From: Mobula hypostoma
Lineage: Eukaryota
Assembly (NCBI RefSeq): GCF_963921235.1
Contig: NC_086108.1
Span: 107,572,001 to 107,636,000 of the forward strand
Direction of reading: 5' to 3'
Length of the DNA stretch: 64,000 nucleotides
Made by a program: the position numbers and the translations under genes. The notes under the pieces are model-generated. The model was not told the origin of the DNA. It saw only the letters and a list, made by a program, of their open reading frames with translations, and searched no databases. This document shows, in pieces, positions 38,389-51,115 of the stretch; the first letter of the stretch is position 1; each line of letters starts with the position of its first letter.

Positions 38389-39134
38389 TTTGCGCTTGTG
38401 CAGTGCCTTTCACAATCTCGAGATGTCGCAAAGTGCTTGATCACCAGTAAAATGTGATTGTTCTTATAGCATGTGAGATGTCCCAAATCTATCATCTCTG
38501 CAGCCTCCAGTCTTAAGGCAGTCTCACCCCTGCTGCACTAACAAGATGTTCAGGGAAAAAAAAAAATTTGCGAAAATTGAGAGCTATAGCATCTTGTTTG
38601 TGGAGTTCACAACTCCCAAATGTATTTATTCATCGAGAAGTACGAAATGAAATCTCCCCGAGCACGCACACATGGATCAGAGGTGATACAGTAATTCTGT
38701 TAATGGAGCCACTATCTCACAGAGCCAGGTTCTATCTTCACCTCGGCTGCCTTCTGTGAGGAGTTTGCCTGTTCTCCCACAGACAGCACGGGTTCTGTTT
38801 GTTGCTGTAAACACAAAGCATTACTCCTGGAATGAAAGGGTTAAGGTACGAGGAGCACTTGAAGGCTCTGTGCCTGTATTCAGCAACAATGGAATAGTGG
38901 AGTGGAGCAGACGCTGGGTCTGTACTCACTGTACTCAGGAAAATGATGGGAGATCTAATTACAACCTATTGCATATTGAAAGGACTGGATAGAGTGGATG
39001 TGGAGGGGATGTTTCCTATAGTGGGTGAGGCTAGGATCAGAGGACACAGCCTCAGAATAGAGGAAAGTTCCTTTGGAACAGAGATGGGGTGGAACTTTAG
39101 CCAGAGAGTGGTGACTGTGTGGATATAAGTGAAT

Positions 39135-39660
39135 ATTGGTTGGCTTGAGTTGTCTCCAATCTTGGCAATTAACTTGCAAACATTTTGTCACCATGTGAGG
39201 AGAATCATGAGTATACTGTTAATTGTGGTGTGTCCTCCAAATGCTTGGGCTTTGCATACTTATCTACCAGTTGGTCAGTTGTCCTTTTGGAAACCCAATT
39301 GATACCAGGAGTCATAGCCAACCGATGAAGAATTGGTTTTCTGCAAACCATCCTTTAAACAGACAGGCAAACTTTGATTGTATTTATGAGCTAAAGAGGG
39401 CAAAATTTCAGACCACAATGCACGAAGTTTGCCATGCAGCCAATCAGCAACGGGATTTCCTCCCAGCATCACATTTGAGTTTCCATAATGTCATTCAATC
39501 AACTGATTGATGAGTATATAAAGAGCAAACACACCACAATTAACAGCGCACTGACGATGTCTCCTTGTGTGGTGATGAAACGTTTGTAAGTAAATTGCCA
39601 AAATCGGAGAAGAACTCAACCCACCATCAACCACTCGAGCTACACGTCCTTCAAATTATT
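39135..39660 (+). mobile_element. Second Penelope-like family: endonuclease C-terminus remnant with inverted pLTRs
   Basis: 39140-39270 is an inverted copy of 39500-39620; WFSANHPLNRQANFDCIYE resembles PLE GIY-YIG ends; hammerhead at 39548-39587. Confidence 0.65.
39548..39587 (+). ncRNA. Minimal type I hammerhead ribozyme, second family
   Basis: GCA-CUGACGA-UGUCUCC(UUGUGU)GGUGAU-GAAAC-GUU^-UGU. Confidence 0.6.
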
Positions 39661-39724
39661 CCTAATAACAATATTCTAGTTTTATTCTTATATTCTTCCC
39701 TAATCATTCTGTTTTAGAAAAACA

Positions 39725-40330
39725 TTATTATTCTTCTTTTAAGACCACCCCCTCCCCCCGTTGGTGGAGATCGACAGCATTCTAGCTGTCTATATGTCAG
39801 TACGCAAGCCAGGCTATTATGATATGGAGAGCAAGCTGTTTCCATACAGCAGACTCTTCCTCTCCACATAGCTGATGAACCCAAAGGAACGCCAGAGACT
39901 GATACAGTTTGACACCAGTGGAGTCACAGGAGTTGCTTCAACGTAGGATTGCCTTAGGGACTTCAGTTCCGAATTTTTTTCTCGGGTGTTGCTCCAGAAG
40001 CCCTCACCACAGATGGGTATAGCTGCAAGGCGGAAGAGGTTTGAGATCTGAGCTCTTCTCCTAGATGAGCTGCCAACCCACGGCCGATGAGCCCCATCTG
40101 CCCAAAGCGACTGGTTTTAAGGCATCAGTAACCTGCCTTTGCCCCTTCTCCTGTCAGTAGAAATGGTTCTGCAGGGTTTAGTAGCTAAGCCACACGTGAA
40201 GGCCAGGAGCTGGCCCGGTTGTCAGATGCTACTTGAGATGCATACCACTGAGAGTATTTAATAGGTGTGGGAGCTTGTCCGCTCCCCACCACACCATCCC
40301 CCTCCGCTGGCTATAACAGCATTAATGAAC
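39725..40330 (-). mobile_element. RTE-derived non-autonomous element (5' UTR-like)
   Basis: Minus strand has CTAGGAGAAG...TCTCAAACCTC; 39821-39937 is homologous to the body of the CORE-SINE. Confidence 0.55.
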
Positions 40331-41369
40331 CGATTAATCTCCTACCAAAGTAGATATTGTTTAGTCATCTATTCTTCTTTCATTATTCTCTATCATCAAA
40401 ATCCTGAAAGCCATCAACTATTACAAGACCATATGATATAGGAGCAGAATGAGGCCATTCAACCCATCGAGTTTGCTCATGGAGCCATCATGGCTTAGGA
40501 ATTTGTTTTGTCCCCCTTCTCCCTGTAACCCTTAACCCTCACCAATCAAGAACCTATCAATCTCGGTCTTAAATACACCCAATGACTTGTTGGGCACTGA
40601 CTTCTGTGGCAATGAGTAACACCCTCTGGCTGAAGAAATTACTCCACACCTCAGTTTTGAAGGGAAGTTCTTTTATTCTCAGGCAGTTTTTTAAAATCTG
40701 AAATCCGGGTTTAACTTTGCCACACCAACAATGAAGATGTCTGTTGCCATCTTTACTACTTTAAGATTGTTCAATGTCATTTCCGGTACACAAGTGTAAA
40801 GGAGATGGAATAATTGATACTCTGGATCCGAAGCAACCCAAAAATATACAGTAAGATAAAAAGCACAATATTAAAAAATCACAACAAATATAAATGCATA
40901 AGTTAGCTTTTACACAGATTGTATGTCATGAAAGTGGCAGTAGGCACAGGAGTGAGGGCAGTTGGGACACTATGTGTCTCAGAGATAATAAAATGGTCAG
41001 GTTAGAAAGAAAAGCAAGGATGTAATGTTGAGGCTTTGTAAGGTATTTGTCAGACCGCACTTGGAGTACTCTGAGCAGTTTTGGGCACCTTATCTAAGAA
41101 AGGATATTCTGGCATATGAGAGGATCCAGAGAAGGTTCATGAGAATGTTGCTGAGTATGAAAGTTGTAACATATGATGTGCTTTTAATAGCTCTGGGCCT
41201 GCACTCACTGGAGTTTAGAAGAATGAGGATGGATCTTATTGAAATCTATTGAATATTGAAAGGCCGAGCTAGAGTGAATATGGAGAGGATGTTTCCTACA
41301 GATTCTAGGTTCAAGATTGTGTACTGGAAATTATATTAAACAATGTAAAGGAGAACAAAATAATTGTTA

Positions 41370-41909
41370 GCAACACACTTAAAAGTTGCTGGTGAACACA
41401 GCAGGCCAGGCAGCATCTCTAGGAAGAGGTATAGTAGACGTTTCGGGCCAAGACCCTTCGTCAGGACTAACTGAAAGGAGAGCTAGTAAGGGATCTGAAA
41501 GTGGGAGGGGGAGGAGGAGATCCGAAATGATAGGAGAAGACAGGAGGGGGAGGGATGGAGCCAAGAGCTGGACAGGTGATTGGCAAAAGGGATATGAGAG
41601 GATCAGGGGACAGGAGACCTAGGGAGAAAGAAAAGGGGGAGGGGGGAAGCCCAGAGGATGGGCAAGGGGTGTAGTGAGAGGGACAGAGGGAGAAAAAGGA
41701 GGGAGAGAAAAAGGATGTGTGTATATGAATAAATAAATAACGGATGGGGTACGAGGGGGAGGTGGGGCATTAGTGGAAGTTAGAGAAGTCAATGTTCATG
41801 CCATCAGGTTGGAGGCCACCCAGAGGGAATATAAGGTGTTGTTCCTCCAACCTGAGTGTGGCTTCGTCTTTACAGTAGAGGAGGCCGTGGATAGACATAT
41901 CAGAATGGG
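41370..41909 (-). mobile_element. Penelope-like element 3' fragment with 10-bp TSD
   Basis: ATAATTGTTA at 41360-41369 and 41910-41919; minus strand encodes SHSDMSIHGLLYCKDEATLRLEEQHLIFPLGGLQPDGMNIDFSNF (GIY-YIG C-terminus), then the pLTR. Confidence 0.88.
41433..41468 (-). ncRNA. Minimal type I hammerhead ribozyme, core intact, one stem I mismatch
   Basis: AGUC-CUGACGA-AGGG(UCUUGG)CCC-GAAAC-GUC^-UACU. Confidence 0.72.
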
Positions 41910-44240
41910 ATAATTGTTACTCTGGATTCGATGGAGCACAAAAAAAAAGATAAATAACACAAGAATAAAAACAATAAATATAAATACATAAGATAACTTA
42001 TATACATTGATTGTATGTCCATAAAGTGACACTAGGCACAGGAGTGTCTGTACATAATTTGACTCTGACAGGAAATGATAAAGTAGTGGTGGTTGGGGGT
42101 GTGGAGGGGTGCGTTAGTGGGTGGAGGTGTTGATCAGCCTTACTGCTTGGGGAAAGTAACTGTTTTTGAGTCTGGTGGTCCTGGTGTGGATGCTGTATAG
42201 TCTCCTCCCAGATGGGAGTGGGACAAACAGTCCGTGAGCAGGGTAGTGGGATCCTTCATTATGTTACTGGGTCATTTCCATCTCCTTTCTGCTTAGTATA
42301 TGTATGTTCTTGATGGCAGGTGGGCTGGTGCTTCAGAGGGAGTTCAAGATACTGGTGACAAAATCCAATTTTTTTTAAAGATTGATCAAGGATCAACTTT
42401 ATTTGCATATACATTTACATGTATCAGAAATTTGCTGTGGTGTGTTGGGTAGGGTGTGACATGCAACAAAAACAGGATCCGCTATTTACAAAGAATTATA
42501 TAAAGTACAGATATGGGACAAAATGTGCATAATCACAGAGATGCTAGCATGTATTTACAATGTAAAGAGCTTTATAAAACATGGTTTACAGTGCAGTGCT
42601 CAGAGACTGAGGTAAGAGATATTTTGCTGAATTTTACTCATCTATAACCATCACTGTAGTCTGACCTTTTCATTCCGGGATCCAGACTTTCTGGATTTGG
42701 GCTATGGTTACAATAATATTGTCCCCCAAAGGGAATTGGAAGATCTATTCTTGATCTTCAATATACTCTTGATTTTTTTTAAGTATTTCCTTATCTCTGA
42801 ATAAATCTGCCTGAGAGCTGTGAACTTGTACAACTGCATTGCTAAAGATCTCAACTTCAGATATATTTTGTATTTTCTATACTGTAGATTGCTGGGCATC
42901 TTGGAAGAAATTGTGTTGGCTGTTTCACTTGAGGTTTAGTGTGTGTCAAAGGCGTGTTTGCATTCACACTTGGTGTCAAAAATGGGAGATTTATGAGCCC
43001 ACTTTTCCTGCAAAGTTTTGCCACAGTCACTGAGTCATAAAGCATAGAAACAGGTCTTTCGGCCTAACTACTTCATGCCAACCAAGTTTCCCACCTAAGC
43101 TAATCTGATTTCCCTACATTTGGCCCATATCCTGCTGCATGATCCCTATCTGAGTACCTTTTTTTTTAGATGTTAACAAACCTGCCTTAACAGGATGGCA
43201 GGATCTGCAGTGGTGGAGAGGGATGTTGGGGTTCACATCCATGGATCGCTCAATGTTGTAGTACAGTTTTATAGGGTGCTTAAGAAGGTGTGCTGTGTTG
43301 GCCTTCATGGGTCGGGGGATTGAGTTCTGGGGCAGGGTCGTGTTGCAGCTCTGTAGGAATCTGGTTGCTCAGTTCTGTTCGCCTCATTGCGGAAGGGTTG
43401 CAAAAGCTTTGAGAGGGTGTAGAGAAGATTTACCACGTGGATGAAAAACAATGGAGTGGCTACGTAGGACGAAAGGGTTAGATTGATCTTGGAGAAGGTT
43501 GAAGGGTTAGCACAACATTATGGGCTGAAGGACCTGTACTGTGCTGTACTAGTCCAATTCTTGAAATATTTTATAACTCACTTTCTGGCAATTTGTTCCA
43601 TAAACTGACACTCTTTAGGTTAAAATATTGACCCTCAGGTTCCTATTAATTTTCACCCTTCTCATATTAAACTCAGTCTCTCTAGTTCTTGACTGCCTAT
43701 CCCTGGGGAAAAAACAGCCTGTGAGCATTCACCCTGTCAATGCCCCTCATGATTTTACATTTGGACACAACATGGCTTGGTATGGCAAGAGCTCTGCACG
43801 TGACCGTAAAAAACTGCAGAGAGTTGTGGACACAGCTCAGCACATCACAGAAACCAGCCTCCCGTCCATGGACCCTGTCTACCCTGCTCACTGATCAGTC
43901 AGCATAAGCAAGGACACTTCCCACACTGAACATTTTCTCTTCTGTCTCCCATAAGGCCTGAAAGCACATACCACCAGGCTCAAGGACAACTTCCAAGCCA
44001 CAGTGAGAAGTCTATTAAATGGTTGCCCAGTACGAAAAGATGGACTCCTGACCTCAATAATATACTGTGCTATGATCATGAACTTTATTGTTTACCTGCA
44101 CTGCACATCTTCAGTAGCTGCTACACTTTATTCTGCATTCTGTTATTGTTTTATCTTGTTCTACCTCAGTGCACTGCGTAATGATCTGATCTGTATGAAC
44201 AATATGTAGGACAAACTTTTCACTGTATCTGAGTACACTA

Positions 44241-44757
44241 TACCCAGTGACCACTTTATTAGCTATCTCCTGTACATAATAAAGTTGGCGCTGAGTGTGT
44301 GTTTGTGTCATGCATTCAGAGATGTTCTTCCGCACACCACTGTAGTAACATGTGGTTATTTGAGTTGCTGTCACCTTCCTGTCAGCTTGAACCAGTCAGG
44401 CCATTCTCCTCTGACCTCTCTCATTAACAAAGCATTTTCACGCACAGATCTACTGCTTACAGGATAGTTTGTTTTCTCGCACCATTCTCTGTAAACTCTA
44501 GAGACCGTTGTGCATAAAAATCCCAAGAGATCAGTAGTTTCTGAGAAACTCAAATCACCCCATCTGGCGCCAACACTCATTCCACAGTCAAAGTCACTCA
44601 GATCACATTTCTTCCCATTCTGATGTTTGGTCTGAACAACAAATGAACCTCTTGACCATGTCTACGTGCTTTTATGCAATGAGTTGCTGGCACGTGATTG
44701 GCTGTTTAGATATTTGCATTAATGAGCAGCTGTACCAAATAATGTGGTTACTGAGTG
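44241..44757 (-). mobile_element. Non-autonomous Tc1-like element, second copy
   Basis: ORF 44371-44580 (TDLLGFLCTTVSRVYREW); TIR-like ends; a further end fragment at 45800-45907. Confidence 0.8.
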
Positions 44758-47700
44758 TAGATTCCAAATCCAGTTTAATAAGATCAGCAACGGAAAAGGT
44801 CCCAAGCTGTTCGAGCTCTCTCTATAACTTAGTCCCTTAAGTCCTGGCAACATCAATCGTAAATCTTCTCTGCACTCTTTTTGGCTGAATGACGTCCTTC
44901 TTTCAGCAGGCTTGGTGCTACACACTGTCTTGAGTTGAGAGTTTTGTGGATCCGGGTGAATTGTTGATGTCTTGGGTGGTCTGAGGTGGAGAACAGTTCA
45001 GGCATTGGCAATACTGTGCAGAGATTTGAAAGACTTGAAAGATTAGCTTTATTTGTCACATGTATATGGAAACATACAATGAAATACAGTTAATTGCATC
45101 AACAAGCAATATAGTCTGTGGATCTGCTGGTTAGAGGCAGCCTGCAAGTGTCACCATGTTTCTAGCACCAACGTAGGATGCCCACAACTTACCGTGAAAG
45201 TCTTTATAATGTGGGAGGAGCACCCGGAGAAATGCATGCAGTCCCAGGGGGTACAGACAGAGGTGGGGTTGAAACCTGATTGCTGGCACAGTAATAAGCA
45301 CTATTCGAACTGCTACGCTACTGTGCCAACTGATCGTCTGTCTGTAGTAGGCACTGCTGAGGTTTGAACTCAGAATCTCCTGTTCATAAGGCAGGTGCTT
45401 GAACCAATTAAGCCCCAGCGCTAGCTGTGCCCCAGGATAGGCTAACATGGAAGAGAGCTGGAATTGGTTTATTATTGTCGCATGTATTGAGATACAGTAC
45501 AGTGAAAAGCTTCTCCTGCACACTGTTCATACAGATCAGATCATAACACAGTGCATTGAGGTAGAACAAGGTCAAATAATAATGATGCTATCATAGAACA
45601 TAAAACATAGAACAGCACAGGAACAGGCCCTATGACCCACAATGTTGTGCCGAATCAATTATATTAGTCATCAAATGGCCAACTAAACTTATCCCTTCTG
45701 CCTGCACAATATCCATATCCCTCCATTTTCCTCACATTCCTGTGCCTATCTAAACATCTCTTAAAAACCCTCAATGAATCTGCCTCTACCACCACCCCAT
45801 ATCTGCATGCTCTTACGCATTGGGTTGTTTCCACGTGATTGGCCAATTAGATATCTGCGCTAACGAGCAGGTGTACAGGTGTACCTAATAAAGTGGCCAC
45901 AGAGTGTAAATTACCTCTCAGCGTTTGAATCTCGGGTTGAGTGGAGCTGTATTACATAACTCAACCCCCTCCCCCTTTCCACCTCCTCCCTCCTCCCACC
46001 TCTTCCTTCCTCCCTTCCCCCTCTCCCTTACCTCACCTCCATATCCAGGAATTTAGTGAACCTCTGCAGCTCCCCTCCATCATGAGAATATCCTTTGAGA
46101 GAGAAACTAGAGTGATGATATTCCAGATGTGGTCAGAGAGCAACACAGCAGGGATACAGGCCCTTCGGCCCACCCAGCTTGTCCAAATTACTAGCATCCC
46201 TCCAAACTGCACCCCTTCATACGCTTCTTAAATAATACTATTGTACTAGCTCACTTAACCGCATACACCTTATGTATATGTTGACATATACAACCTTGAG
46301 ATTAAATTTCTTTCAGGTATTTACAGAAAAATAAAGAAATAGAATGGAATTTATGAAAAAAAACTATATTCAAGCAAAGACTGACAAACAACCAACGTGC
46401 AAAAGAGGGCAAGTCGTACAAACACAAATACTGAGAATGTGAGTTGTCAAGTCCTTGAAAGTGAGTCTGCAGGTTGTGCAATCGGTTCTGTGGTCTGGTG
46501 AGTGAAGTTATCCACACTGGTACAGCAGCCTGATGGTTGAAGGGTGATAACTGTTCCTGAACCTGGTGGTGTGCGACCGAAGGCCTTTGACCCTCCTGCC
46601 CGATGGTGGTAGCATGCCGGCGGTCCTTCATAATGGACGCTGCTTTCTTGTGGCCGTGCTCCTTCTACTCTTCACTCTCTGTGTGGAAAGTAATTGCCTT
46701 TCAGTTCCCTTTAAAATCTTTCCCCTCTCACCTTAAATCTATGCCGCCTAGTTTTGGAGTCCACTACCTTGGGGAAAAGACACCTTCTCTGTGCCTCTCA
46801 TGATTTTAAAATTTCTACAAGGTCGCCCTCATTCCCTTGTGTTCCATGGAATACACCAGGGAGTAATTAGGTGACATGGGCTCATTGGACTGGAAGAGCC
46901 TTTTACTGTGCTGTATCTCTAAATAAACTAAAATATAAAAAAAATAGAAGAAAGACTCAGCCTGGTCAATCACCTCCCCCCCCCCCCCACCGCCCCAAAC
47001 TCAGGCCCTCTAGTCCTGGCAATGTCCTCATAAATCTCCTCTGCATTTTTCCAGTTAAACTACATCTGTTCTATAATAGGGTGACCAGAAATGGCCACCA
47101 GGGACCCACTTAGTTCCAGTGCAAATTCAATCTTTTACTCAGATTGTTCTGGCATAAAAGCCAACAGACCATGTGCCTTACTAATTGCATGCTGTACCTT
47201 CATGTTAACTTTGAAGCATTTGTATACAAGGACACCCAGGTCAATCTGAAAACCAATACCTTTCAATCTCAGACAGTTGGTGGAAAAAAATAGAAACATG
47301 GTAATTTTTTTTCTCTCCAATGTAGATGATTTCATATTTTTCCATCAACTGGGCAGCTGGGTGGCACGGTTGGAACTGCCTGTTTTGTGCTGAATAGCAA
47401 AATAAATTATCTTCTTACACAGGTCCTCGTGGAGCATGTACACCATATATACTGATTCCCTTGTCCATTCTGCTAGTTATAATCTCAGGAATATAGTAAC
47501 AAAAATTTTTCAGACTTAACTTACTATTCCTTAATCCTCGTTATCTCTATTTTAATGCAAACATAAGCCTCTGATTTAATTTAATCAGGAAAATGGTGAA
47601 ACACTCACAGGACAGGCAACATCTGTAGAGAGAGAAACGGTTAATATTTCATATCCAGGAACTTTAACCTGATGAAGTGTTTCAACCCAAAATGTTGAGA

Positions 47701-47945
47701 CTGTTCCTCCCTCTTCTGATGCTGCCTGGCCTGCAGAGTATTTCCAGCAATTTCTAATTTTATTTCAGAATAACAGCAACTATATTTTCTGCTTTTGAAA
47801 ACTAATTTAGTATCAGAATGTGTAAATTGTGGTAATGACCCCCTATTACCACAACTGACCCTTGTTAGATATGCTTGGGGCGAGAGCAACAACAGAGGAG
47901 TATGATTAAGAATTTTGACTAAGTCATGTCAGCAGTGGTAAAGTA

Positions 47946-48257
47946 AAGGCATCCATCAGTCTTGCGAGACCATGGATCTGCGCCTGGAAAGTCTTCACTC
48001 TCCAGGGCGCAGGCCTGGGCAAGGTTGTATGGAAGACCAGCAGTTGCCCATGCTGCAAGTCTCCCCTCTCCACAACACCAATGTTGTCCAAGGGAAGGGC
48101 ATTAGGACCCATACAGCTTGGCACCATTGTCGTCGCAGAGCAATGTGTGATTAAGTGCCTTGCTCAAGGACACAACACGCTGCCTTGGCTGGGGCTCGAA
48201 CTCATTACCTTCAGGTCGCTAGTCCAATGCCTTAACCACTTGGCCACGTGCCCACAC
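47946..48257 (-). mobile_element. tRNA-derived CORE-SINE (copy 2)
   Basis: Reverse complement of 4432-4736; imperfect flanking direct repeat GTCAG(C/T)AGTGGTA. Confidence 0.85.
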
Positions 48258-48974
48258 TGTCACGGTCAGTAGTGGTACACGCCGGATAACTTACTGTGTG
48301 GGAACTACAGCCGGGCCTGCCAGGATGAAAAGCCTGCAATTGAAAGCCCACGCGAAAAGAGTGAACTCTCTGTGTAGAGCAGGACCAATCAGTTCTCCAC
48401 ACAATCAAGCAACTGCATTCTTACAATTGCAATAGTGTTGTACAACCTAGAACAACAACTTTTTCTTGGGCCCTTAGCTCTCTGTGGGGCATAGGCCATT
48501 GAAGACCTCCCCTCCCCATCATCCAAAGTCAATGGTATAACTGTTCATCAATGTTTCTGCAATCCATTGCATCCACTATACAGAGGATTCACCTCTATTA
48601 AATACCCTTACGTTATCTGTTCCTTTCTCCAAATGGCAACAGTGTCCACTTGAGACTGGATACTCCTGTGGTCTGCGGTGTGTGTCAGTGAAGCTTGCGG
48701 TTCCTGAGAAGGCCATTGGACTGTACAGAATATGTTGGCTGTTAGTGAAAGTGATGCAGTCAGTCGCTGCTCCAGCCACCCTTCTGCGAGATCTTCTGCT
48801 GGGTATCCTCTGTAGAGTCATAGAATCATGCAGCAGGAAAACAAGCCATTCGACCCTTCCTGTCCATGCCAGTCAAGACTTCCATCTACGGCAGTCCCAT
48901 TTCCCTAACTTGGCCCATATCGCTAATCCATATCCCTGTCCAAGTACCTTTTAACTGCTGTTAATCTACTTGCT

Positions 48975-49350
48975 GGGTGGCAGGCTGGAGATGTGTCTCT
49001 ACCAAAGGAGATGTAAGTCACTCCTTCCCTGCACTAGCTTACTGCTCACCCTTGGATAAGGTGTAGCACCTGCTTAGCCCTCCCACCCCCGACTGGCATC
49101 AGGTGAATCCAAGGGAGCAGGTGGTGGATGGTCATATGAGCAGCTGGTGCAGATCACAAATCCTGATTCTGCAACCACTGATGCCAGGGAGACAATCTCT
49201 GAAGAGTATTGATAATGGCTGGGGTCACTTGTCTTGTAAAGACACTGGCCAGAAGAAGGCAATGGCAAACCACTTCTGTGGAAAAATTTGCCAAGAACAG
49301 TCACGGTCATGGAAAATCCTTGATCATAGGACATGGCGTACATAATGAAT
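48975..49350 (+). mobile_element. RTE-related non-autonomous element
   Basis: 3' GAAGAAGGCAATGGCAAACCAC resembles the RTE/BovB-type GGAGAAGGAAATGGCAACCCAC motif. Confidence 0.6.
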
Positions 49351-49609
49351 GTACCAGCCTCGTCTATTTTCTCCAGCAGCTCATTCCTTAGACGGACACC
49401 TATCTGGGTGAAAAAAAGAAAACTGCACTCAGATTCCGATGATATTTATCCTTTCTCATCTCAAACCTACGTCCTCTCGATTTTCTATCGCTGAGGAAAG
49501 AGACTTCGTCATTCAGCCCATCTATGTCCATCATAATTTTATGCACATTCACCCTATTTACGCTTCCCTTTTGTCCTTCTCCTGCTTCCGCTGTCTTCAA
49601 ACCGGAATG

Positions 49610-50178
49610 TTATGCAGTGAGGAATGATTCAGATTAAAGTGCAGGTTGATAGGTTCTTGATTAGTCAGGGCATCAAAGGTTGCAGGAAGAAGGGAGGAGG
49701 ATGTGGTTGAGAGAGGTAATAGATCACCCATGATGGAATAGTGGTGTAGACTGTGAGTCTGTACTCACTAGAGTTCAGAAGAATGAGGGGGATCTCATTG
49801 AAACCTATTGAATATTGAAAGGTCTGGATAGAGTGGATGTGGAGAGGGTGATTCCTACAGTGTGGGAGTCTAGGACCAGAGGGCATAGCCTCAGAATCGA
49901 GGGATGTCCATTTAGAACAGAGAAGGAAGAATTTCTTCAGCCAAAGGATGGTGAATCTGTGGACTTCATTGCCACAGATGGCTGTGGAGGCCAAGTCATT
50001 GGGGTATATTTTAAGTGGAGGTTGATAAGTTGTTGATTAGTCATGCAGTCAAAAGTTACAGGAAGAAGGCAGGAGAATAGGGTTGACAGGGATAATAAGT
50101 TAGCCGTGATGGAAAGGTGGAGCAGACTTGATGGGCTGAATAGCCTAATTCTGCTCCTATATCCTATGGCTTTATGGA
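49610..50178 (+). mobile_element. Tandem CR1 3' fragments
   Basis: ORF 49815-50036 (TRGHSLRIEG) and a CTATGGCTTTATGG tail. Confidence 0.8.
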
Positions 50179-50370
50179 CTGTAAAGTTTCTCCCCTGAAG
50201 GACATGGTCAAGAATACTCACCAATGCCTCTACATCCTGAGGACGCTAAAGAAATTCAGCAGGTCCAATTCCTTTTTGTTGATGCACCATAGAAAACATT
50301 CCCCGTGGATGCATCAAGGCTTGGTATGGCAACTGCTCTACGTGTGACCGCAAGAAACAGATCTTAAATA

Positions 50371-51115
50371 AAAGAGATTCTGCAGATGCTGGAAATCCAG
50401 AGCAACACACACACACACAATGATGTAGGAATTCAGCAGGTCAAGCAGCATCTATGGAGAGGAATAAACAGTCGACGTTTCAGGACAAGCCCCTTCATCA
50501 GGACTGGAAAGGAAGGAGGAAGATGCCAGAATAAGAAGGGGGGGTGAGAGGAAGTGGATAAAGATAAAAGGTGATAGTTGATGCCGGGTGTGTGGGGGAG
50601 AGGGGATGATCTATGTGAACAGTATGCAAGACAAGCATTTCACTGTATCTCCATGCACATGGCAATAATCAACCAATTCTAGTTCCAGTGCTTCACTCTC
50701 AGGCATCCTATGCCTTCCTTGAAGAGCCAAGAGCTTCACACAAAATAACAGAAGCAGAGCACATCTGGAACAACAAGCAATCTGCTAGAGGAACTCAGTA
50801 GGCTGAGCAGTATCTGTGGAGGGAGGAGAATTGCCAACGTTTCAAGTTAAAACTCTGAACACAGGGGATTCTGCAGGCGCTGGGACGCTTGAGCGACCCA
50901 CACAAAACAGTGCGGAGGAGCTTAGCAGGTCAGGCAGCATCTGCGGAGATGAACAAACAGTCAACGTTTTGGGCCGAGACCTTTAATCAGCAATGGAAAA
51001 GAAAGGGAAATGAAGCCAGGTATGAGGAGGTGGGGTGAGGGGAGGCGAAGGAGTACAAGTCGGAAAATAATAAGTGAAGCCAGGTGAGGGGAAAGGTAGG
51101 TTCAAAGTTCAAAAT
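50371..51115. repeat. Inverted duplication, arm 2 (partner 37645-38388)
   Basis: See arm 1. Confidence 0.85.
50470..50505 (-). ncRNA. Minimal type I hammerhead ribozyme, core intact
   Basis: AGUC-CUGAUGA-AGGG(GCUUG)UCCU-GAAAC-GUC^-GACU. Confidence 0.78.

Noticed and set aside
39871..39892. CTGATGA as a hammerhead core
   Set aside because: No GAAA follows the short stem; it is the antisense of the RTE-derived module.
48576..48821. Minus-strand exon candidate (similar ones near 33197-33290 and 52088-52342)
   Set aside because: No recognisable homology, and the acceptors are weak or derived from repeat tails.
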